Of a stretch of DNA of 15,236 nucleotides, positions 1-7,580 are shown one piece after another. The DNA lies in the NCBI GenBank assembly GCA_029856105.1, contig JAHQWH010000215.1, positions 1 through 15,236 on the forward strand, written 5' to 3'. Within the stretch, counting starts at the first letter, position 1; the number at the start of each line of letters is the position of its first letter. Under the pieces are notes generated by a model. The model made no database searches. It was not told where the DNA came from and saw only the letters and a program-made list of their open reading frames with translations. The DNA comes from Promethearchaeia archaeon (lineage in GTDB: Archaea > Asgardarchaeota > Lokiarchaeia > Sigyniarchaeales > SOKP01). Both the position numbers and the translations under genes were made by a program.

Positions 1-752
1 GAACCAGTTAAAAAATCTTGCTCCAGCGTAAGATCAGTAATTTCTAGAAGTAAGATTATAGCTTCATAACCTTTTGAAATGAGATATTCTTTTAGTTCTC
101 TTCCAATTTTTTTCAATAACTCCTCATCTGTAGAATAAACAGAATAATGTATAATTGCTTTTGGATTATTGATAAACTCCGACTTTTTTATAATTTCTTC
201 GTTGTCAATTATCGTCACGGTGTCCGCACCAGCAATTCTGGCGATCTTCTTAAGCTCTTCTTCTAGGGAACCAAAAGTAAAGAATTGCTTGCTTCTAGAT
301 TCTACTTTTTCTATTAGAACGCGTTCTAAATCTTCACGTGTTTTCTTGTCGTAAAAAACCGTTAACTCGTTAGAACTGATTTCTTTGTATTTACCGGATA
401 TTAAATTTTCTTTCTCATTAATGAAATCTATAATAGTTTCGTAATATTGATCGTCTAATTTTTGAAACTCCTCAACACATCTTATATAATGAGTCAGCTT
501 GTCTATTAAATCGTAATAGAATTTTAATCGAGATTTAATCCTTAACTTATCATCAATTCGTTTAATTTCGGGATAATATTTCTTTAAGATGAGATTAATG
601 CCTTTGTTACTGAGAGCGCATAATTTTGCGACCTTTTCAGAATATTTAATGGATTTATAACCAAATAATTCTAGGATATCTTGCTCCAATTTGGTGAGGT
701 CGTCAAAGACTTCTGAGATCTTATCGTTATACTTTTTCTCAATATAAGACAT
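1..752 (-). CDS. Hypothetical protein, at least 250 aa, runs off the window edge; C-terminal part resembles a degenerate QueG/reductive-dehalogenase-like domain
   Basis: Not in the ORF track. Manual translation from the ATG at 752 is open to position 1: MSYIEKKYNDKISEVFDDLTKLEQDILELFGYKSIKYSEKVAKLC...GSLEEELKKIARIAGADTVTII...NPKAIIHYSV...LLKKIGRELKEYLISKGYEAII...FLTG. The CDS is well supported; the family call is weak. Confidence 0.85.
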   Translation of the reverse strand, partial: MSYIEKKYNDKISEVFDDLTKLEQDILELFGYKSIKYSEKVAKLCALSNKGINLILKKYYPEIKRIDDKLRIKSRLKFYYDLIDKLTHYIRCVEEFQKLDDQYYETIIDFINEKENLISGKYKEISSNELTVFYDKKTREDLERVLIEKVESRSKQFFTFGSLEEELKKIARIAGADTVTIIDNEEIIKKSEFINNPKAIIHYSVYSTDEELLKKIGRELKEYLISKGYEAIILLLEITDLTLEQDFLTG

Positions 753-859
753 TCCTATAATTATGATAGATTTATCTAATATAACATTATTTGAAGTTTT
801 TGATAAGAAAATTAGTAATTTTTTTTTTAAAATAGAAAGAATAAAAATTTTACAGCTTT

Positions 860-2065
860 TTATAAACCAACTAAGAGTGCTACGGTCATAATTGATCCCG
901 TTATTAAAGGAACTGTAAAATTGTCATTTAAATTCATTGAAAACATCTCAACTAAAGGTGCTAAGATGCCCCCTAGAATTAAAACAATCAAAGAAATCTC
1001 TAAACTAGTATAGAGTATATATCCCATAATAAGAACGCTCCCAACATAGGCTAATGTTCCTTCTAATGTCTTATTCAATATTTTATGTCTCCCAAATGCT
1101 AAACCAAAAAGCTTTCCAAATATGTCACCGTAGATTAAAAAGCATGATGCAATGAATGCTACCTCTTTCGGAAATATCAATAATGTAATAAATAAGGCAA
1201 CAAAAAAGATGGTGAATGACGAAAATGTTTTAATTTCATTTTTCCTAAGTAAAGCTTTAACTTTTGTCTTCAATACCTCATTTGTTTTTTTATGCATCAA
1301 TCTAAAGATATCAAATGCTACCAAAACTAGAGTCACACTACCAAGTATGTATAAAGAAGGAACTTTAGTGAAAATACTATAAGATATTAAAAAAATAATC
1401 GCAAATGGTCTTATCGCAACACGCCACCAATATATCTGAAAATTCGTGTCTTCTATCTTAAATTTACCTTCTTTTAAGATATTATAAATACCAATCGTGA
1501 TAATGTGCACAAGTATGATCCAAAAAAAGAGGTTATATTGATTATCAGGGAAATTAATGTATACTGAATATCCAAGTAAGGGAAGCACTATTACACCTAA
1601 AAGATTCCCTATTTTAGAAATATAAAAAAAAAGTGCGACAAGAAGAAGTAAATAAAAAAGAAAGAAGAAAAACTCCGGTTTGATCGTGAAATAATTCACT
1701 AAATAAAAAAGAAACATTCCCATTGCAGTGGCCACTCCCTGACCGCCTCTAAATCTCAAATAGAATGGAAATACGTGACCTACGATTGTCATCAATCCAC
1801 TTAAATGAGCCACAACAACGTTAGTTCCTAAGCTTAATGTTATTAGTATAACTAACAACCCTTTAAAAATATCAAATATGGCTGTAGGGATCCCATATTT
1901 CGCCCCTAACATCTGAAATGTATTTGTTGTTCCTGCGTTTTTTGAACCAACTTCCCTTATATCGATTTTTTTTAGTCTCCCAAAAATATAGGCAGGATTA
2001 ATACTACCAAAAAAATAACCAAATAATAAACTTAATATGCTAATCATAATTTCTAAGGGTTCCAT
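860..2065 (-). CDS. plsY: PlsY-like glycerol-3-phosphate acyltransferase domain (aa ~1-200) fused to a CTP-dependent dolichol/phytol/diacylglycerol kinase-like domain (aa ~210-401); copy 1
   Basis: PlsY motifs: GYFFGSINP, DIREVGSKNAGTTN, DIFKG, GHVFPFYLRFRGGQGVAT. Kinase motifs: LRKNE, GDIFGKLFGLAFGRHKILNKTLEGT, NDNFTVP. Highly hydrophobic. TGAGG/AAGGA lies upstream of the ATG. Confidence 0.85.
   Translation of the reverse strand: MEPLEIMISILSLLFGYFFGSINPAYIFGRLKKIDIREVGSKNAGTTNTFQMLGAKYGIPTAIFDIFKGLLVILITLSLGTNVVVAHLSGLMTIVGHVFPFYLRFRGGQGVATAMGMFLFYLVNYFTIKPEFFFFLFYLLLLVALFFYISKIGNLLGVIVLPLLGYSVYINFPDNQYNLFFWIILVHIITIGIYNILKEGKFKIEDTNFQIYWWRVAIRPFAIIFLISYSIFTKVPSLYILGSVTLVLVAFDIFRLMHKKTNEVLKTKVKALLRKNEIKTFSSFTIFFVALFITLLIFPKEVAFIASCFLIYGDIFGKLFGLAFGRHKILNKTLEGTLAYVGSVLIMGYILYTSLEISLIVLILGGILAPLVEMFSMNLNDNFTVPLITGSIMTVALLVGL
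876..1003. repeat. Direct repeat copy A (3' end of fusion gene 1); partner at 2268-2395
   Basis: Manual ungapped alignment with 2268-2395 gives 6 mismatches in 128 nt. Confidence 0.9.
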
Positions 2066-2221
2066 TCCTTATCCTCAGGTTTGATTCTTTTCTTCTGTTA
2101 GTTTTTTTATAACGCATGAATATCTACATTTTAATACATATTTATCTTGTATTTAGTGATATTTAAATTTTAGTCGGATAAAAATCATAGAAAAATTACT
2201 CTGTTAAGTATAATAAAAATA

Positions 2222-2243
2222 ATAAAAAAAGAAAAAATTTTTT
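2222..2243 (-). terminator. Putative oligo-T terminator after fusion gene 2
   Basis: The minus strand reads AAAAATTTTTTCTTTTTTTAT shortly after the stop codon. A similar T-rich tract follows gene 1 (~829-850). T-tracts are common in this AT-rich DNA, so support is limited. Confidence 0.4.
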
Positions 2244-2251
2244 ACGGCTTT

Positions 2252-3460
2252 TTATAGACCAAACAATAGTGCTACTGTCATAATTGATCCCGTTATTAAA
2301 GGAACTGTAAGATTGTCATTTAGATTCATTGAAAACATTTCAACTAAAGGTGCTGAGATACCCCCTAGAATTAAAACAATCAAAGAAATCTCTAAGTTAA
2401 TATAAAGAAAGTATCCCATAATAAGGACGCTTCCCGCATATGCTAGCGTACCTTCTAAAGTTTTATCCAATATTTTATGCCTTCCAAATGCTAACCCAAA
2501 AAGCTTACCAAACGAATCTCCGAATATCAGAAACGATGAGGCTATAATCGCTACGTTTTTTTGAAATAACAATATAGTTATAAACATCGCAACTAAGAAG
2601 ATAGTCATTGACGAAAATTTTTTAAATTCGGTTTTCCTTAATAGAGCTTTAACTTTTGATGCTATTAATTCATTTGCTTGTTTACTCATAAACCTATAAA
2701 TATCAAATACTATAAAAAATAGCGCTACGATACCAATTAATTGCAATGTAGTTATTTGCGGGTAAAACACGTAAAATATTATAAACAAAATCGCGAATGG
2801 TCTTATGGCTACCCGCCACCAATGAGCCTTAAAAGTTTCTTCTTCAATCTTGATTACCTTCCCTTTTATCATATCATAAAAAGTAACAGACATATCATAA
2901 GCTATTACTATCCAAAAGAAGATATTATAAGGGCTTTCAGGATAATAAATAAAAGCAGTATATCCGAGTAAAGCAAGTACAATGAGCGCGATTATTACTC
3001 CTGTTCTAGTAATGTAAACAAAGATCACAATTATAAAAATTAAATAGCAAAAAAGAAAAATAAGCATTTCGGGACCAACAAGAATATAATTTAATAAATA
3101 AGCAAGTAAGATACCTGAAGTACAAGCCATTCCTTGACCACCGCGAAATTTAATGTAAAATGGAAAAACGTGTCCCGCAATAGCAGCTAAACCACTTAAT
3201 TGCGCGAAGACAAAATCAGCTCCCATACTCAGCGCTATGAAAATAACAACTATACCTTTAAAAAAATCAAAAATACCTGTAGGTATAGCAAATTTAAGTC
3301 CTAAATTATGATAAGTATTTACAGTGCCAGCAATACCGTCACCTTTCTCTCTTATATCGAATTTTTTTAATCTACCAAAAAAATAAGCCGGATTTATCGA
3401 ACCTATAAAATAGCCTATAATTATAACTAAAATATTTATTGTAATTGTAAAAATCTCCAT
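2252..3460 (-). CDS. plsY: PlsY-like acyltransferase fused to a CTP-dependent lipid kinase-like domain; copy 2 (tandem paralog)
   Basis: GYFIGSINP, DIREKGDGIAGTVN, DFFKG, GHVFPFYIKFRGGQG; GDSFGKLFGLAFGRHKILDKTLEGT, NDNLTVP. Collinear with copy 1 over its full length. GTGAGG RBS-like element at 3464-3469. Confidence 0.85.
   Translation of the reverse strand: MEIFTITINILVIIIGYFIGSINPAYFFGRLKKFDIREKGDGIAGTVNTYHNLGLKFAIPTGIFDFFKGIVVIFIALSMGADFVFAQLSGLAAIAGHVFPFYIKFRGGQGMACTSGILLAYLLNYILVGPEMLIFLFCYLIFIIVIFVYITRTGVIIALIVLALLGYTAFIYYPESPYNIFFWIVIAYDMSVTFYDMIKGKVIKIEEETFKAHWWRVAIRPFAILFIIFYVFYPQITTLQLIGIVALFFIVFDIYRFMSKQANELIASKVKALLRKTEFKKFSSMTIFLVAMFITILLFQKNVAIIASSFLIFGDSFGKLFGLAFGRHKILDKTLEGTLAYAGSVLIMGYFLYINLEISLIVLILGGISAPLVEMFSMNLNDNLTVPLITGSIMTVALLFGL
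2268..2395. repeat. Direct repeat copy B (3' end of fusion gene 2); partner at 876-1003
   Basis: Same alignment, offset 1392 nt. Confidence 0.9.
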
Positions 3461-3490
3461 AAGTCCTCACTTTCTTTGATAAAAATCTTG

Positions 3491-3557
3491 TTTCCACGGA
3501 AATTATATTAAAAATTATTTTGTGATTAATAGCTCACAATCTATGTGACTATTGATC
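3491..3557 (-). promoter_or_regulatory. Putative promoter/operator region of fusion gene 2
   Basis: TATA-like TTTTAATATAA (minus strand, ~3504-3514) is flanked by the palindrome TTTCC-AC-GGAAA (3491-3502) and an imperfect inverted repeat at 3524-3557. Confidence 0.35.
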
Positions 3558-3603
3558 CTATTTTTAATTTTATTTAAATTTTAAGCAAACCAAAAACCAA
3601 GAA

Positions 3604-5352
3604 TTAATGATAAAAATATAAAAACCGCTCCATATAATACAAAAAAATCTGGTTATAATAACCTGAAAAATAAAAATCGCTTGCGTGTCCGCCTAATAAC
3701 ATCCATAATATAGCACATTCATAATTTCCTTCAGCTAAATAGGTATTTCTAAAATTATTTGTTATACTAAAATAATTAAGAATATCATGGGTACCTTGGA
3801 AAATTAAACACGGTGGACTATCTTCTTCAATAAGCTTTTCAGGATTTTTAAACTCTTCTTTTCCATCAATTCCAAAATACACCATTTGACCATTTGCGGG
3901 ATAGAATGGGATTAAACCTTTTATTGTTAAATTTTGACTAAAAATATCCGTATAATTTCCGCTTGCTATTGCTAAAGCCATAGCAGATGCAAGATGGCCC
4001 CCAGAAGATCCCCCACTAACAAATACAGAGTCTAATTTAGCGCCGTATTCATTTGCGTGTTCAGCAAGGTAAATCGTGAATATGCCAAGATGACGCATCA
4101 TATCATCGATATTAAAATCGCCCTTATTATAATCAGGTGTACTAGGATCAACAAAAGGCATCCCTCCGTCAAATAATCCGTATTGTATGTCAAATACTAT
4201 GTATCCTTGAGCTGCAAAATATTTATTCATCTGCATCATGTTCATATGTCCTTTATCCCCAGAAACCCACCCACCGCCATGTATCCTAATAATAGTTGAA
4301 TTTTCTCCAGGAAGGTTTCTCCCTCGATTTAATGGCATATAAGCATCAAAATATAGGTTTATTCCTTCGCCTTCATAAAATAAAGTTTGCTCTTCAATAT
4401 TACTGATTTTAGGAGGAATTCCTAAAAAATAACCTGGAATTGAAAAAGTAGTTTGTAAAAAATAATTGTTTACTTCAACGGGGATTTGTTCCCGCCAATC
4501 TTGACCAAACATTTCTATAAACCTCTTCTCAGCATTAAATACTATGGAATGAGTTAAAAAAAAAGGCATCATACAAATCCCAGAAATTAGAATTCCAATA
4601 AATGCTGTTCTATAATATTTTTTAGGATTCCATTTTTTCTTTTTTAATTTTAATTTTAAATATATAATTGTATTTGCCAAAAATATAAATGAAAAGAATG
4701 TCCCAAATTGAGGTGTAAATAAAACGATACCAGTTGTCATTATTTCAAATACACCAAATAATACATTAATCGCAAAAATAATACCAATAATAAAAATTAC
4801 CCGCGAAAGAATCAGAAAAATTTTATACAATATTTCTTTAGCTCTAATAATTTCTGTAGATTTGATTCCTTCAAACCTTTTTTTAAATACCCAAAAATTT
4901 TTGTTTTTGATGTTTTTAATATCAATTAATCCTATAAAAAAACCAAAAACTAAAATGCCAAAATAAGAAAAATAGGTTGTTAAATATGCTCCAAAATTTT
5001 CAATTCCTTCATTTGAATATGTCACAGAGGTAGATAAATTACCTGACATCAAACTTAGCATAGCAAAAATCATAAAAACTAAATAAAAATAACAAAGTAA
5101 GCTCGTTCTTTTTCCTAATCTATTCGAATTATTAATTTTATCCAAATTAAGATATACAAGTAAAAGATTGACAAATAGACTTATTAACAAAATAACCCCA
5201 AAAACATCCCATAAAAAAGAATATAAAGGTTTTACTATGTAAACTATGCCTAAAATAATACTAGCTAAATTTAAGACTACTGATAAGTAACTAACATTTT
5301 TGATAGTAATAATTTCAATAATTTTATTTAACTTGTTTTTAAAATCTATCAA
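3604..5352 (-). CDS. Polytopic membrane-anchored alpha/beta hydrolase (HSL/family IV lipase-esterase)
   Basis: About 7 hydrophobic segments in the first ~270 aa, then IHGGGW (oxyanion hole), GGSSGG (nucleophile elbow), QGTHD (acid) and GGHASD (His). TTG start, exact start uncertain. Confidence 0.9.
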   Translation of the reverse strand: MIDFKNKLNKIIEIITIKNVSYLSVVLNLASIILGIVYIVKPLYSFLWDVFGVILLISLFVNLLLVYLNLDKINNSNRLGKRTSLLCYFYLVFMIFAMLSLMSGNLSTSVTYSNEGIENFGAYLTTYFSYFGILVFGFFIGLIDIKNIKNKNFWVFKKRFEGIKSTEIIRAKEILYKIFLILSRVIFIIGIIFAINVLFGVFEIMTTGIVLFTPQFGTFFSFIFLANTIIYLKLKLKKKKWNPKKYYRTAFIGILISGICMMPFFLTHSIVFNAEKRFIEMFGQDWREQIPVEVNNYFLQTTFSIPGYFLGIPPKISNIEEQTLFYEGEGINLYFDAYMPLNRGRNLPGENSTIIRIHGGGWVSGDKGHMNMMQMNKYFAAQGYIVFDIQYGLFDGGMPFVDPSTPDYNKGDFNIDDMMRHLGIFTIYLAEHANEYGAKLDSVFVSGGSSGGHLASAMALAIASGNYTDIFSQNLTIKGLIPFYPANGQMVYFGIDGKEEFKNPEKLIEEDSPPCLIFQGTHDILNYFSITNNFRNTYLAEGNYECAILWMLLGGHASDFYFSGYYNQIFLYYMERFLYFYH

Positions 5353-5675
5353 CTAACGATTTTCTCTAATTTATTGGTTAAAATTTTAATTTTTAATAAC
5401 TTCCTCAACCACAAAAAATATTTGACTTATTTTCAATTCTCTAATAATCAAAAACGCCTATAATAAAATAAGTACTTAATAATTATCCGAAAATGTCAAA
5501 TATAACATAGAAAAGAAATTTTTACTTTAAAAGAACAACTAAAATTAGTTTAATTCGTGTTATTATTATATTCTTAAAAAAAAAAGAAACATTTATAAAT
5601 TATTTCTTAATCTTCTTGGTCTCCGATAATTTTCTCTAATTTTTTTTTATTTTTTTAAAATTTCTTTTTTACTAA

Positions 5676-6527
5676 TTACCAGCGGAAGGATTTAATGTCA
5701 CTTAGTTTTTTTAGCATTTCTTTTGACAGATTTAATCGGTTATAAGTTAAGTCTAAGCTCTCTAAATAACTTAAATCCCCTATTGAATCAGGTAGAGAAT
5801 CTAAACCACAGTCGAACAAATAGATTCCGGTAACGTGCTTGTTTTTAACCGTGAAGCACGGAGCTAAATGAAGATCTAATTCATCAACTAAGTAGAAGTT
5901 CTTCTTGTCGTACTCAAATAGATGGCTCTCTATTTCTAAAAGGATTTCAGCCTCCTCAGGAACCAAAACTAAAAACAAAAGCTCTTCGCTGTTAAGATAA
6001 CGAGTATAGCCTTCTTGTACCAGATATTCCACGACAGGAGGATAACCGCTTTCGAGCCGTTTGGCAATCTCTTCTTTTAAGACTTTCTTTGCTTGAGGAT
6101 CCCCGCCTTCCGCGAGTTTCTTTAGCAAGCTAAACGCTAAATTAGAATGTAATAGTCGCGTATCGTAGTTGTGTTCGTACCAAACTTGCAAGTTCGAACA
6201 GTGTCCCCAAAATTCCGTTTCGGGAGAGAGGTTATAATTAATTCCATCTATTTTTATTTGACCATCTTCATCCCATCCCAATTTGTCTGCAGCTTCGTCT
6301 ATCGAATCGAGTTCGTCGGTATCGCGGATTCTATCGATTGGAACGTTTATCAATAAGAGTTTACACGACATAAACGATTCTCCGTTAACGTAAATAATAG
6401 TATCCCTCCAGACCAATTTTACGGTTAAAAACTCGTTAACCGCGAATTCTTTTGGTTTCATCTTCGCATTCGTTTCATCTTCATTTGTTCGTAAATTATT
6501 ATAGATAGCAGTAATATTTAAATCCAT
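5676..6527 (-). CDS. Leucine-rich-repeat-associated protein of a Lokiarchaeia-type expanded family
   Basis: N-terminal domain EFAVNEFLTVKL...TIIYVNGESFMSCKLLL...EFWGHCSNLQVWYEHNYDTRLLHSNLAFSLLKKL, which I recall as recurrent in Lokiarchaeia hypothetical proteins. C-terminal LRR: LFDCGLDSLPDSIGDLSYLESLDLTYNRL. The true start may be the ATG at 6461 (MKPKEF). Confidence 0.75.
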   Translation of the reverse strand: MDLNITAIYNNLRTNEDETNAKMKPKEFAVNEFLTVKLVWRDTIIYVNGESFMSCKLLLINVPIDRIRDTDELDSIDEAADKLGWDEDGQIKIDGINYNLSPETEFWGHCSNLQVWYEHNYDTRLLHSNLAFSLLKKLAEGGDPQAKKVLKEEIAKRLESGYPPVVEYLVQEGYTRYLNSEELLFLVLVPEEAEILLEIESHLFEYDKKNFYLVDELDLHLAPCFTVKNKHVTGIYLFDCGLDSLPDSIGDLSYLESLDLTYNRLNLSKEMLKKLSDIKSFRW

Positions 6528-6656
6528 AGTGCTATGTAATTTGCTTAAATTACAATTTTATGGCAAAAATAAGATTAAAAAAATAGAAAGTTAATAAAAA
6601 ATAATAAATAAAAAAAATTTAAAATTATCCTGCTTGCCCAGATTTACGAAGACTCT

Positions 6657-7580
6657 TTATACCAGCTTCAATTTTATCTGTTTGGAGCGGCTTCGCAATG
6701 TAACTTCTGTAACTTTAGCTACTCCACTTACTTCTGCTTGTGTTTTTCGGCAGTTACTTGATTTTGCCGCCATGTAAATAACACTTGCCGCTAAGCCTTT
6801 TGGGTCTTTTCCTGTGCGCATTAATCCGTTTTTTGAAGCTTCTGAGAGCATGTTGATTGCTTTCTTTTGGACTTCCATAGGCAAATCTAAATCGTTGCCG
6901 AACCGAAAAACGAGCTGTTCTGCCGTGATTGGTTTATACCGTAAATTTAGTTCGGGTAATACTTCTTTTACAATCATGCCTAAGCTCCTGTGGACAGTTC
7001 TACGGGGAGTCATTGAAGCGTCGCACACTTCTTCCAACAATCGTGGAAATTCGTGCACTCTGATCGCGGCGTATAATGAGGCAGCAATGAAACCATCAAT
7101 TGACCTTCCCATCGTTAATTTCTTCCTAGCCACAAGGCTATAAATCTTCCAAGCTGTTTCTTTAATGTACTCAGGGATATTCATCTTAGATGTGAGCATC
7201 TTCAACTTAGGTTTAGCTTCCCAAAAGTTTCTTTCTATGCTAGAAATTAGAGAATTCTGAATTTTTGAAAGCCTGGAGAACAAGGTCTTTCCTTTTGCGT
7301 TAATTAGTCGTCCTTTTGAATCGATTTTGGAGTTTGGTAACATAGTTCTTGGACCAAATTCTCTCCATCGCGGTTCAGTACGCCTACGCTTGTTAACTTC
7401 TTCGATGGTATAGGCTCTCCTTTCATTTCCTACTAAATTTCTACTTTGAATCATTCCACAGTTTAAACAAACAACATCGCCATCTTTCGATTCAATACAA
7501 GGATTCTCGCAACACTCTTCTGCGACACCGTTCTCATCTGAACTAACCTTTGTAGATCGTAGGCGGTCTTTATATGACAT
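6657..7580 (-). CDS. tfb: Transcription initiation factor IIB (TFB) family protein
   Basis: N-terminal Zn-ribbon (GDVVCLNCG), two cyclin folds (GRSIDGFIAASLYAAIR; GKDPKGLAASVIYMA) and a C-terminal HTH (KTQAEVSGVAKVTEVTLRSR). Confidence 0.95.
   Translation of the reverse strand: MSYKDRLRSTKVSSDENGVAEECCENPCIESKDGDVVCLNCGMIQSRNLVGNERRAYTIEEVNKRRRTEPRWREFGPRTMLPNSKIDSKGRLINAKGKTLFSRLSKIQNSLISSIERNFWEAKPKLKMLTSKMNIPEYIKETAWKIYSLVARKKLTMGRSIDGFIAASLYAAIRVHEFPRLLEEVCDASMTPRRTVHRSLGMIVKEVLPELNLRYKPITAEQLVFRFGNDLDLPMEVQKKAINMLSEASKNGLMRTGKDPKGLAASVIYMAAKSSNCRKTQAEVSGVAKVTEVTLRSRSKQIKLKLV

Noticed and set aside
169-354. 61-aa plus-strand ORF
   Set aside because: Antisense shadow of the longer minus-strand CDS at 1-752.
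860-1440. Calling the C-terminal fusion domain CdsA (phosphatidate cytidylyltransferase)
   Set aside because: It shares KTxEG but lacks the CdsA KDxGxxxPGHGGxxDRxD signature and ends in DNxxVP, typical of the dolichol/phytol/Dgk1 kinase branch.
1152-2971. Plus-strand ORFs 1152-1382 and 2741-2971
   Set aside because: Antisense to the PlsY-kinase fusion genes, no motifs, and not conserved between the two paralogs.
5353-5675. Recurring TTCTCTAAT words and A/T runs in the lipase-LRR intergenic region
   Set aside because: Short, low-complexity and irregularly spaced; not a CRISPR array, iteron set or MITE end that I can support.
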